Source of the DNA: Elsinoe ampelina
Taxonomy: Eukaryota
Assembly (NCBI GenBank): GCA_010093995.1
Contig: ML992502.1
Span: 261,868-325,867, forward strand
Direction: 5' to 3'
Length of the DNA: 64,000 nucleotides
Shown here piece after piece: positions 1-12,417 of the stretch. The position numbers and the translations under genes are program-made. Below the pieces are notes generated by a model. It was given only the letters and a program-made list of their open reading frames with translations, had not been told where the DNA came from and did not search any database. Position 1 is the first letter of the stretch. Each line of letters starts with the position of its first letter.

Positions 1-562
1 GCTCACCTTCGCCCAAGCCTACCGCGACGACTTCATCCTCAACTGGTCCGACCTGACCCTCTTCCCGAAACCCATCATCGCCGCCGTGAACGGGTACGCG
101 CTCGGCGGCGGGTGCGAGCTGGCTATGATGTGCGACATTATCTACGCACATCGCGGGGCTACGTTCGGTCAGCCGGAGATCAAGCTGGGCGTTATCCCCG
201 GGGCGGGGGGGAGTCAGCGGCTCACGCGCGCGGTGGGGAAGAGTAAAGCTATGGAAATCATACTCACTGGGGAGAACTTTTCGGGGGAAGAGGCGGAAAG
301 GTGGGGTTTGGTGAGTAAGGTTTTTGAGACGCCGGAGGAGACGGTGGAGGCGGCGGTGAGGACGGCGGGGAAGATTGCGGGTTTTAGTAGGGTGGCTGTC
401 AAGGCGGGGAAGGAGGTGGTGAATAAGAGTCAGGACTTGGGGTTGAGGGATGGGGTGGAGTTTGAGAGGAGGGTGTTCCATGGGTTGTTTGGGAGTCAGG
501 ATCAGAAGGAGGGGATGGAGGCGTTTGCGGGCAAGAGGAAGGCGGAGTGGAGGCATGAGTAG
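1..562 (+). CDS. Enoyl-CoA hydratase (crotonase family, ECHS1-like), 5'-truncated by window edge
   Basis: Motifs PIIAAVNGYALGGGCEL and FGQPEIKLGVIPGAGGSQRL (both catalytic Glu present); C-terminal DQKEGMEAF; stop TAG 560-562. Confidence 0.93.
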   Translation, partial: LTFAQAYRDDFILNWSDLTLFPKPIIAAVNGYALGGGCELAMMCDIIYAHRGATFGQPEIKLGVIPGAGGSQRLTRAVGKSKAMEIILTGENFSGEEAERWGLVSKVFETPEETVEAAVRTAGKIAGFSRVAVKAGKEVVNKSQDLGLRDGVEFERRVFHGLFGSQDQKEGMEAFAGKRKAEWRHE

Positions 563-641
563 GTGACACGGGTTGGGTGAAGGGTAAAAGGGGGAGATAG
601 ATCTGCGCTCTTTGGGCGGAAATGTACAATTACCGATGGCC

Positions 642-2043
642 TCACCCGCCAAACAGCTTGCTGAAGTCTGCCTCCTGCTCTGCCCCTCTGACCGGTGCAG
701 GCGGCGTGTTTTTCCTCCTCCTGCGCTCCCCTCCCGCCTTGCTAGGGAAGCTAGGGAACATCTCCTCCCTCTTCGGCTTCGGGTCTTCGGAGAAATACTC
801 ATGTTCCAATACCTCCTCAGCGGTCAATCTCTTGCTAGGATCCAGCAGCAGTAGATCCTCAAGCAATGCTCGTCCAGCCTTGGTCAAGCTGCCAAACATG
901 CCCCTTAGCTTCCCTTTCTCCTTGGTTCTGTCACTGGATGGTGTCTTGATTGTCCTTGCATTGGGCAACCTGCGCCAGCCCGGCCAGGATTTCTCGGTGG
1001 GCGTCCCTACGAGCTCAAAGATCTGTACTTCATTAGCGCTGTGGTATGTGCCCTTTTCTTCTGTCGAGTAGGATAGGTAGGAAAGAACGCACCTTGCTTA
1101 ATTGATCGACCTCGTTGCGGCCCTGCAGGACAGGATCGCGCGTGAGGAGCTCGGCGAAGACGCAGCCTAGACTCCACATGTCGACTGCTGCGTCGTACTC
1201 TTTGGTACCGAGTAGGAGCTCGGGGGACCTGTACCAGAGTGTTACGACTAGGGTGGTGAGATTTGGGGGAGGAGGACTGGAGGTGAAGCGGGCCATTCCA
1301 AAGTCTGCTAATTTGAGGCGACCAGTGGAAAGGAGAAGGATGTTCGAGGTCTTGATGTCCCGATGGAGGATGGAATTGCTGTGAAGATGGTAGAGGGCGG
1401 ATGAGAGTTGAAGTAGGAGCGACTTGGTCTCAGAAGGGGTGAAGGGAGCGGGCATGTCTGAGAGCAGGGACTTAAGGTCATGGGCTGCAAACTCCATGGA
1501 GAGGTAGATATCGGGGACCAGAGGAGACGCGGAAGATGGTTCTGTCGATGTGATGACTTCGTTGAGCGTGATGATATGCTTGTGTCTGGCTCGTTGCAGT
1601 GTCTGGATCTCTCGAAGGCATGTCACTGGTATCCCATAGGATGACGCTCCCTCGAGCTTCATCTTCTTGAGAGCCACGATCGTGTTGGATCTCAGATCTC
1701 GAGCTCGTGAGACATAGCCGTATGTCCCTTCTTCGATTGGATTGAGCGTCTCGAAGTCAGATATCGAGCGAGAGGGCGACCAGGTGCCAGTATCAAACCG
1801 CAACAATGGAGCACTTCCCTCAGCGTCCGTAGCATCGTTGGACAGCCTCTGCCGCTTTGAGGGCCGCCCTGAGTCTTCATCCGATCCTCTTATCGTCGTC
1901 TCCGCTACTTGTCTTGCCCTCGTCTGCTCTTCTTCCAGCTTACGCTGCTTCTCTGCTTTGGCTCTTTTCTTCTCTTCCTTTTCCTGTTTGCGCCGAGCTG
2001 CGTCAGCAGCGTCCTGCTCGTTATCGGCCCATTTAGACTTCAT
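642..2043 (-). CDS. CDK11: CDK11/PITSLRE-family cyclin-dependent kinase; exons 2043-1093, 1022-642
   Basis: IEEGTYG, VALKK, PVTCLREI (PITSLRE-like), HRDIKTSN, DFG, VVTLWYRSPE; intron 1092-1023 (GTGCGT...GCTAAT...CAG) joins QLSK to IFEL. Confidence 0.88.
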
Positions 2044-2257
2044 AGGATTGTTTCAAGGGGCTTCAAGTACTCAGTCAAGGTTGAGAGCAGGCCGAATGGT
2101 GTTGTAGAGTACTGTCAGCTCACCGGTTGTGTGGGTTGTTGGTTGTGAAGTCGAGCGAAGCCTGAAGATCTGAAAATCATCGGAACGAAGGCGAGCAGAA
2201 AATTGATCTTATATAATTCGCACACCATCATATGTGCTTGACCTTCGGCGTGAAATT

Positions 2258-4033
2258 ATGCGAAGCAGATTGACACGACTCGGTCGACTATGTGATACAT
2301 CACTGAGCAGATTTGGAAAGCACAGCACGAGTTGTTCCGGCGCAAGATGGAACAGCTCTTCGACAAGGCAATGGTCGACTCCTCTGGCAAAGACGTTGTC
2401 TGAGGTCATCACGGTGGATACAGCCTTCATTTCCAGCTGAAATAGCATTCTGACGATACATAGACAACTGGTCCGATCCCAGTGGCTTCTTACATGCGAC
2501 AATGCTTGACATCAGATCTGGGTGGCTACTATACATCAAAGACACCTGATCGAGATCAGTTCGGCCGCAAAGGAGACTTTGTCACATCGCCAGAGATATC
2601 ACAGATCTTTGGTGAGCTTGTGGGACTATGGATCGTGGCTGAATGGATAGCCCAAGGACGGAAGGACCATGGAGTCTACCTCATGGAGGTTGGACCTGGC
2701 AGGGGAACTCTGATGGACGACGTTATGAGGGTGAATGTATTTGTTGTCGTCACCGGAGTTCCACTAAAATGCATGCAGACAATCAGGAACTTCAAGGATC
2801 TAGTCTCAGCACTTGATGGAGTCTACCTAGTCGAAGCAAGTTCGTCACTTAGGGAAGCTCAGCACAAACTCCTCTGCGGTGACAACGCTTTGACGAAGAC
2901 CGAGACTGGCCATGAGAGTCGCAGCAAGTACGCATCGGATCTACAGGTGAAATGGTGTGAGGATGTACGACTACTCCCGCAAGGTACGTGACACGAACGA
3001 GAGACGTCGTGACAAGTACCTGATGGAAGCAGAATCCGACAAGACGCCATTCATCGTGGCACATGAGTTCTTTGATGCACTTCCAATCCACGTCTTCCAA
3101 TCGATCGCTCCGAATCCTGTAGGAAGTATACAGACCCCTACTGGACCGATAGAAGCGAGGAACATTCCAAGAGCAGCCCAGCACCAGTGGCGTGAGCTAT
3201 TAGTTTCCCCGACCTCGCCATATGCAACACATGCCAGCCTCGGAACACCGAAGAGCTTGCAGGCAGAGCCAGTACCAGAGTTCGAGCTGACACTCGCCAA
3301 AGCAGCCACACCACATTCACTGTACCTGCCTGAACAATCTGAAAGATATCGTAGATTAAAATCGACCAGCAACGCCATCATCGAGGTCAGCCCAGAATCA
3401 CAGACTTATGCAGCCGACTTCGCAGTTCGTATCGGTGGAGGCAAAGTCCCCACACCGAATCCAAACCAGCATGCGCAGTCACATGCCAAACGAGTCTCGC
3501 AGCCTAGGCAAGCGGAGATGATTGAGAAAGCGGAGCCGTTTGGGGCAGCGCTCATCATCGACTATGGTCCAGCCGACACTATTCCAAGCAATTCTTTGCG
3601 AGGAATCAAGGCGCACAAACGAGTCAGCCCATTCACAGAACCTGGAAGAGTGGATCTCAGCGCAGATGTAGACTTCCTCGCTCTTGCCGAGTCTGCACTC
3701 GAAGCTAGTCCTGGTGTCGAGGTTCACGGACCACTAGATCAGGCCCGTTTCTTGACAGCCATGGGAATAGAGGAGCGTGCGACGCAGCTCGTCAAACGCG
3801 CCGTGGACCAGGAGAGAGGAGCCGTGCAATCTGCTCGATCTCAAGATCGGACGAGGACAGATTTGACCGAGATTGTCAAGCGCATAGAAAGTGGATGGAA
3901 GAGACTGGTTGACCGGGGCCCTCACGGAATGGGGAAGCTATATCAGGTCATGGCCATTGTACCTTACAAGTCCAGAGCAGGAGGGCAGCCCATTCGCAGG
4001 CCGGTCGGTTTCGGTGGAGACATCTCGATATAG
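2258..4033 (+). CDS. NDUFAF7: NDUFAF7/MidA mitochondrial protein arginine methyltransferase (DUF185); introns ~2414-2463, 2731-2780, 2984-3032
   Basis: GDFVTSPEISQIFGELVG, EVGPGRGTLM, AHEFFDALP, IIDYG, DLSADVDF; Arg/Ser-rich N-terminal presequence; GT-AG introns restore frame. Confidence 0.9.
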
Positions 4034-4900
4034 GTTGAATATCCAACAAATATTGTAGATGGCCGAGGTAGCACCGCCTGATGCCCTCTTCGAATCCTGG
4101 TAGGTTAATTGAACATATACGAAGCACTCGCAGTGGGATGTCGGGGACGCCAGACTCTGCAAGTACACGTTTCGTGACGACTTGCTACCAGGACGAATTC
4201 GAGAAGTTGTTGCGGTCACGGCAGAAGCAAGGAAGATGCCCAAGGGTTGAGCGGCTCGCATCCACCGAGCCCCAGTGTGATTGTTGAAAGGTTTTAACCG
4301 GAACAGGCAAGAGTTTAACCATGCATCCCCACATGTCGGCCCGCCTCAAGAGCTTCATTTCCGGTGGTGGACTGACTCAGTCTTTTTTACTGCACCTTGA
4401 CCTCGACGGTCACTATACAGAGCCTCTGCAGACTCAGACGACATCGCAGCTGAGCCCTCTTCCTCTGTACACACCAAGCATGTGAAGGTCGATCCTTCAG
4501 GCCCGTGTCGATGCAATTTATGTCCCCTCTTCTCGGACCGAGATGATCATGTGCTACAGTCTGCACTCCGCTTCTAGCGCTTCTAGCTCGTCCATCCTAC
4601 GTCGATCAGCCCAGGTCCCAACAAGCTTGACAAGCAGTCGACATGCGGAATGATGAGGGGAAGCATGCGGGGTTCAGAGCATCCCTTGCATGCTACCCTA
4701 CGCGCATGGTCCGTCATACCACTCCTTGGCGGCATTCTACGCCCACGGTAGCACCGTAGTGACCAGAATGATCGTCACCCTGTCTGCTGTTGGCCTGCAG
4801 CTACTCTTCGTAGTGTTGTACCAGATGATCGTCTCTGTGATATAAGAATCGGTTCGTGCCCCAGATTGGAAAAGGTTGAGTAGCTCTCAGTCAGGACAAG

Positions 4901-7900
4901 ATGGCTCCAAGATCGCTGCTAGCTTCACTCGCTGGCGCGGCGGTAGCAGCTGCTGCCGCCATCGATTCGACTCTCATTGCTCGTCAAGCATCTTCAATCG
5001 AGTCGTGTCCAGGATACACCGCATCGAATGTGCAGACAAGCGGGGACAAGATTGTCAGCGCTGACCTGAATCTCGCCGGTCCGGCATGCAATGTCTATGG
5101 GTCAGATTTGGACAACCTTCGTCTGCTCGTAGAGTACCAGTCTCGTTTGTACGCCATGGAATTGGAAGATATACGAGCTAACATGTTCCAGCCGACCGGC
5201 TTCATGTCAAGATCTCCGATGCTGCCAACCAGGTCTACCAGGTTCCGGAATCAGTATGGCCACGACCCGGTGGTGATTCATCAGAGAGCAATCTTGCCTT
5301 CTCCTTGACAGAATCACCATTCTCATTCGCTGTGACTAGAATAAGCAATGGCGAGGTGCTCTTCAATACCTCTGGGTCTCAAGTCATCTTTGAGTCGCAG
5401 TATCTCAGATTGAGGACGAGTCTGCCAGAGAATCCATATTTGTATGGTCTTGGAGAACATACCGACCCTATGAGATTGAACACCACCGATTACCTGCGCA
5501 CGTAAGACAAACTTCGAAATGATCAACTGCTCTTTCTGATGCTGACTTCTGCATAGCATCTGGGCTCGCGACTCGTATGGCATTCCCCCAGGGACCAACC
5601 TATACGGATCGCATCCAGTCTACTATGATCATCGTGGTGATCTTGGGACTCACGCAGTCTTCCTCCTGAATTCCAACGGTATGGATATCAAAATCAACAA
5701 CACGGCTGAGGATGGTCAGTACCTCGAGTACAACACTGTCGGAGGTGTCCTTGACTTCTATTTCCTGGCCGGTCCTTCCCCGAGCAGTGTCGCACGCCAG
5801 TACTCTGAGGTGGTAGGTCTGCCCGCCATGATGCCATACTGGGGTCTTGGATATCACAACTGTCGGTACGGCTACCGCGACGTATACGACGTCGCGGGTG
5901 TTATTGCCAACTACTCTGCCGCAGACATTCCACTAGAGACGATGTGGACCGACATCGACTACATGGACGGCCGTGCCATTTTCACCACCGATCCTCTACG
6001 CTATCCAGTTCCCCTCCTTCGACAGGTGGTGGACTACCTCCATAGCCACGATCAGCAGTACATCATGATGGTCGATCCAGCAGTAGCTGCCAAGGATTAT
6101 CCAACATACAACAGGGGCGTAGATTCGAACGCGTTCCTCCGGACGTCGAATGGTTCTGTATACCTTGGTGTCGTCTGGCCAGGTCCTACCAGCTTCCCAG
6201 ATTGGTTCTCCCCTAATGTGCAAGAATATTGGGATGGCGAGTTCAACGACTTCTTCAACCCAGAAGACGGCATCGACATTGACGGGTTATGGACCGACAT
6301 GAACGAGGCTTCCAACTTTTGTCCATACCCATGCACAGATCCTGTCGGGTTTGCGGAGAGGAACAACAACCCGCCACAGCCTCCGCCAGTTCGTCTTGGT
6401 CCAAACTACCAGATACCCGGATTCGGCCCAGAGTTCCAGCCACAGTGCGTCGCCCGAGTATCCTTCAACGTCGAAGCACAAACATACTTCGGCGAGAACA
6501 TTGCGGTCATCGGAAATGCTATCACGCTTGGTAATGGTGAAGCCCGTAACGCCGCACCGGTCAGCCCTGACAACTATCCTATCTGGAGTGCTGTCATTGA
6601 CCTGCCGCCAAACTCGGAGATATCATACCAGTATGTTAGGCTAGAAGCCGATGGAAGCTATATCTACGAGGCAACCAACAGGACACTTACTACCAGTGAT
6701 TGCAACGGTATGGTCGCAAGCGTGAACGACGTCATTACAACTCAGCAAGGTACACCACCATCTGTAAAGCGAGACACGCCTGTCTTGTCCTACCCCAGCA
6801 GCTTCTCGAAAAGGCAGACTGGCGATCAGACTGGCCTGCCTGGCCGAGACCTGATCAACCCAGCATACAAGATCAACAATGTTGCTGGATCTCTCTCGAA
6901 CTTGACCCTAGACACGGACCTGGTACACAGTAATGGTCTCACCGAGTATGATGTTCACAACTTATACGGTCATACAATGTCTATTGTCAGCCGTCAAGCC
7001 ATGCAGCAACGTCGTGAGGGACTGATGCCCTTGGTGTTGACCCGCTCCAGCTTTCCAGGTACCGGCAAGTATGTCGGTCACTGGTTGGGTGACAACACCT
7101 CCAACTGGGTCAATTACCTACGCTCAATCGGTCAGATGCTTGACTTCATCTCCTTCTTCCAGGTCCCGTATGTTGGCAGCGACGTCTGCGGCTTCATCGG
7201 TGACACCAACGACCTCCTATGTGCCCGCTGGGCTACTCTGGGTGCCTTCTCCCCCTTCTACCGCAACCACAACGCCGACGGCGCCGCCAGCCAAGAGTTC
7301 TATCGCTGGCCCATCGTCGCCTCGGCTGCCCGCAATGCCATCAACACCCGCTACCAACTCCTCGACTACATATATACCGCATTCAAAGCTCAAACTACCA
7401 CTGGCGAGCCAATGATCAAGCCCATGTTCTTCGTCTACCCCGATGAGGCCGACTTCTTCACGGAACAATACCAGTACTTCTATGGCGACGCCATCCTCGT
7501 CGCCCCCGTCACCACCGAAAACTCCACCGTCGGTTCCGTTCGCCTACCGGCCGAGTCCTTGTACTACGATTTCTACACTCACGCTCCCATCCGCGGAACA
7601 GGAGAAGCCATCGTCCTACCAGACGTCCCGTACGATACCATCCCACTCTTCATCAAGGGTGGCAGCATCGTCCCTCTCCGTGCTTCGTCGGCGAATACTA
7701 CCAAGGCACTGCGCGAGCAAGACTTCACGCTGATCATCGCGCCTGATGACGAGGGCAACGCTAGTGGGAGCTTGTACATCGACGACGGAGTCAGTTTGGA
7801 GCAGCCTACCAGCACGCAGATCACGTTCAAGTACTCGAGCGGTCGCTTTGCTATGGACGGTCAATTCGACTACGATGTGGGAGAAGTTGGTATTACGAAA

Positions 7901-8053
7901 GTGGTAGTGCTTGATCCAAACACGGAAGGGGCGAGGGTCGCAGAGCAGACGACAGGAGGGTATGCTACTACATTGGAGACGTTGGATGGGGCAAAGAACA
8001 TGGCGGGAAGTAAGATGGGATTGAGCGGCGGCTTCGAGGGCAGTCTTGCATAG
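4901..8053 (+). CDS. Secreted GH31 alpha-glucosidase with internal CBM20; introns 5145-5191, 5502-5556
   Basis: Signal peptide; [14 protein letters not shown] (nucleophile), [14 protein letters not shown] (acid/base), FYRNHN; CBM20-like insert at ~6449-6703. Confidence 0.93.
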
Positions 8054-8185
8054 ATAGCAAGTCTAGCAGGTAAAAGTGGTGGTCAAGGACAAATCCTACC
8101 ATTGCTCTCACGCATAATGAAGCTATCCGAGGCTGTGATAGACCCAAAGCTTCCTCAATCACATTACGCCCCTAAGCCAGCATGA

Positions 8186-9669
8186 TCATTCCACTACCAC
8201 CTGCTCTTCCACCCACTCCACCTCCCATTCTTCTACCACCTCTTCGCACACATCCATAGCATCTGTGTCATCCTCCGTGACTCCACCCATCAATTCAGGT
8301 GCCTGGACCCAAGCCTCCTCTACCTGCAAAAGCCACGCCACGCACCTCGCCCGTGTAGCGACCTGCTTCACCTTTCCAACGCAAGTCACGTTCCCAGCAT
8401 CGATCGTAGCCAGCGCTGCTCTACTCAGCAAAACTCCAGAATCTCGCCCGATCATCACGTCTATACAAGTCAGCTACTACCACTCAACTCAGGTCCACCA
8501 CGAAAGCCCTCTCACCATTTCGCCTGAAAGATCGCTTGCGCAATCGACTCCACTCCCTACAATTCCTGATGACAAAGTCAAGCTGCTTCACTTCCGGCAT
8601 GTCATCAGGCAAATGAACCAGACACCCATCCAGACTCCCAAAGTCAATCTCATGGTCTACTAGTGTTAATATCCCTCCCCTTCGACCCTGTCCGCGAAAG
8701 AAGCAACTCACCCGTCCAATGCCTCACCACCCTCGTCCACACCCTCTTCAACCCTTCCCATCCCAGCGGCACAGGCATCGTCGCCATGAGGTTCACCAAC
8801 ATCGGCAGCCGCCACTTTCCCTCCACCAGTCCCACCACCCGTCGGATAGCACTCACGCCCTTACCCAGGTTCAACGCAAACTCCTCTTCTCCCTCCTCGT
8901 CGGGCCCTGCGGACAGACGACCGTATACCGCCCGCAGTCTCCGCGTCATCTGCACCGTACCCAGCTCCTCCTCCCCCCCGACACCCCGGATGAGACCCGG
9001 GCGAAGGTCCGCAATACCCGCCCGCACCAGCTGCTCAGCCGCGAGACACGTGCCATGGCCAGCGACACGCAGCGCGGCTTGGGAGAGGTACGTCCCTTTG
9101 TCCCACCGGGCCACACCTCCGCCTTCGGGAGTGGAGTCGTCAAGGGTACGGATGTCGTCCAGTCTAGCGCCCGGGCTGGGGTCTGGATCGTTGCGAGCGG
9201 AGAGGAGGGTGTTGGCGTTGATGAAGCTCCCCTTGGGCAAGGAGGTAGTGTCGATGATGAAGAGGTTGATCTTTTCCAGATCCTTGTCTTGGGTTTCGAG
9301 GAGATGGGAGATGGTGCGGAGGGCACAGAGGAGGGAGCAGGTCCAGGGGACGAGGGCGCTGGGGCTGTTGGGGCAGGAATTCCGGAGATGCTGGAGGGTC
9401 TCTCTGTAAGCGAAGGAAGGGCCCGGGCGAGAGATGATACTGGTATGGGACGCAGGGGCGTGGGTTGCGGTCGCGTGGGAGGTGGTCCAGGAGAGGTTGG
9501 TGGTGCCCAAGGAGGAAGGTGTGGTGATGCGGAAGAGGTACCGGGGGATTTTGTGCAGGGAGGAAGGTGGATGCTCGGTAGTGGAGCAGGTGGCGAGGGG
9601 GAGATGGGTTTTGGGGTTGTTTGGGGAGGATAGGGTGAGCTTCTCGAAGTGCGTGGTGAGGTCGTCCAT
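8186..9669 (-). CDS. ART-fold-like (DUF7587-type) hypothetical protein, paralogue A; exons 9669-8712, ~8659-8516, 8460-8186
   Basis: IPRYLFR, LVPWTCSL, FIIDT, GTYLSQAAL, LPMLVNL, MPEV motifs shared with the neighbour; introns GTGAGT...TAG and GTGAGA...TAG join three ORFs in frame. Confidence 0.75.
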
Positions 9670-10192
9670 GGTGGCTGGTTGAAGTCGGGTTTGTTCTGCA
9701 GGTAGGGTGGGTCATTGTGGCTGATCTGACTTACATATACGAGGGGCCCCTGTTCCTCACCGGATTGCGTTGGTGTTGTTTGCGAGGACTTGCAGCAAGC
9801 AGCAACTCGTAGCAACCGAGCCACAAACAGGGTAAAACCATGATGACAGGAACACCTACATCCTGCACTCGCCTGAGAGACTTTCCACCTGTCTGTCATG
9901 AAAGCTGCACAGCAGACATGCAGAACGTGGAATGCCGTGCATCGATGATTGGAAAGAGTTTTGGAGATAGAAAGGGTGGCTAAGAAAACAATGAGAGACT
10001 GCATCCCGCACGGCTCATTCATGTGTATACAGCCCCCTTCGAAGTACGCTCCATGCTTTGCTTGATTACATCAGAGACACCGGATTTTGACGTATTCCAA
10101 GGTCACCACCAAGTCCCGGACCGGCCATACATCACACGTGGCAGTTCCCCAAGCTCTCGGAATGCGCAGAAGTCTGTAAACTAGCCTAGCTC

Positions 10193-11540
10193 CTACTCAC
10201 TGCGCGGTAGCGGCAAAAGTCCTTTCTTGGTAGATTCGGCGAGGAAGACTGCTGTGTCGAGGCGTCTGACCGTGGCATCGTGCATTCTTCTGTACATCGC
10301 AGTGTCCGCCACGGCGTCGATCTCTGCATGGACGATCCGGTCGAGGAGAGAGATTCTGGCTCTCCGGATGATGAGCTCGGCTTCACGCAGACAATCTGAA
10401 GGCTTAGTGAGATGGACCTTGTGCCTCACGGGAGTACTTACTCATGCTTTCACCGATGGCGATACGGCACGATATTAGTCTGCTAATGTGCTTCACCTGA
10501 GCTACCTCGGGCAAATGCGCTGGGACGAAGGGGTGCATATTTTGCAGGGTTACGGGGCGCAGATGTGGCTCCACTTTCTCCTGGTAGTTGACCTTGTCAA
10601 CTGGAAATAGCTGTTCGACGGATGTTTCGAGGAGGGGACCACCAAGGAGGCAAGGCATGAGACCAAGTAGATTGGCGACCATTGGTAGGTAAAATCTCCT
10701 GCCGAAGAGGTTGGCAATGTTGTGGATGGCCGCATATTGTTCATCCGTGGTGGTGTTTTGGCTGTACCCAAAGTGGTAGTAGGCTTGTCTCATGCGACAG
10801 ATCTCTTTCGCCAGTCCAGCACTGGAGGAATGATCATCGAGCTCAAGATCGGGTCGAAGGGTGCGCAGGCCGGCGTCGAAAAGATCCCTGGCTGTGACAG
10901 TGGTGCATTTGCCTTGTACGTGCAGAGCGCCGTGAGACAGATACTCCCCATTGTAATAGTGAGCGGGAGGATACTTGCGACATGCGGTGTTTTCCAGGTT
11001 GCAAAAGTTGCTCAGGTCATTGTTGTACTCGCGCAGAGGCCGAGCCAGGTTCATCTCACGAGTGAACGTCCCGGTGGGAAATTCCGCCGTGTCAACTACC
11101 AAGACGGAGATGTCTTCAAGACGCTGTTGATTGCCCTTACGACGGCGCATAACGTGCTGTGCAACGAAAAGGAAAGAGCTCGTCCATGATACGAGATTGT
11201 CGTCCTCTGGCCTACGCCATCTCAAGTGGTCGATCAGCGATTGAGCTGTGGCTTCTCGGTCCTCTCTGTGAAGGAGGTCCTCTGGACCGGCTACTTGTAC
11301 GCCTGGTCTGTCATCTCGATGGTCTCTCTCCAAGTCGCGTAGGTACTGCGCTTTGGACTTGACCCATTGAGTATCCGTCTGCCCGTCGGACGCAGGACAT
11401 GCCACCCGGAACAGATAACGTGGGGGCGGCTCTTGCCCTGGCTGGTGTCTATCAGTATGTCGTGAAGAACCTGTCGAGCTATTGGAAGGTCCAGCCGTCG
11501 GCCCAATGTTCAAGCTGTTGAACTGGACTTCCAAACTCAT
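10193..11540 (-). CDS. ART-fold-like (DUF7587-type) hypothetical protein, paralogue B; exons 11540-10442, 10395-10193
   Basis: PPRYLFR, DNLVSWTSS, VVDT, YYNGEYLSHGAL, LPMVANL, LPEV; intron 10441-10396 GTAAGT...CAG. Confidence 0.8.
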
Positions 11541-12417
11541 GTTGCATGCAGATGACGATCAAAGTCTGGAGATTTTGAAGACAACTAAGTGCTCATGAAG
11601 TGAAAGGATGTCCTACAGGCCCATTTGGACGCCCTTTGCGCAGCTTCATATATGAGTGAACCCCGCTCCTATGCATGGTGATTGTGGCATGGCAATGGCA
11701 ATGATTGGTCCAGGTGTTCGAACACTGTCACACAGACCATGGCGCCGCTTGTTCATTTGCCTGATTTTCTTCTCAAATGTGCCTCAGGACATGCGCGATC
11801 CAGCGAATGTTGTGAGGGTCCGCCAGGCCAAATGGCAGGAGACGTCCGTCCGAGGCAGTAAGCAGGTTCGACAGGATCATGGCGGCGCGGAGAGGTATAG
11901 GTGCTCGATCAAGTCTTCATCGCCCTCAAACGTGACCGAATTCAAGCCACGTGCGGTCCCAATTGTCTGTCAAGCATCTCATATGATGGTTGATGTCAAC
12001 CGATATTGTTGGTCTCATTAACGAAATCGAAAGTTGGAAGTACAGTTCCGTTCTTTGGCTCGAGGTCACGTGCCTCGTCGCGATCCTAGCTTTAGCATTT
12101 CGCGTCTTCAAAACCTTCATATGCAAAGCACACTTGGTGCAGCAGAACACTGCCAATGACCCTTTATCGAAGGTGGCCCCGACGAATCAGCTCATCCGTT
12201 GTCATGGTCTCTTTAGTCCCGGAAAAGTGTCCTAAGCCGATGAAGCTGACCAGTATAAACCCTGAGGCTTGTATAAGATGCATGGAGATGACGAATCACA
12301 GCGTAAGGAAGATTGTTGATCCATATATTCAAGCTCACTCTGGAGCGAATGGGTATCTGATCCACATGTCCCCAAATCGGGGCCAGAACTCCTCGCTATG
12401 CTTGGGCGCGTAGAAGA

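Noticed and set aside
4060..4105. TTCGAATCC T-loop-like motif suggesting a tRNA
   Set aside because: No cloverleaf stems or A box at the right spacing
8663..9715. Several long overlapping ORFs (248-358 aa) on both strands
   Set aside because: Low-complexity shadow frames caused by C/G skew and stop depletion; only the frame with motifs shared with the paralogue is supported
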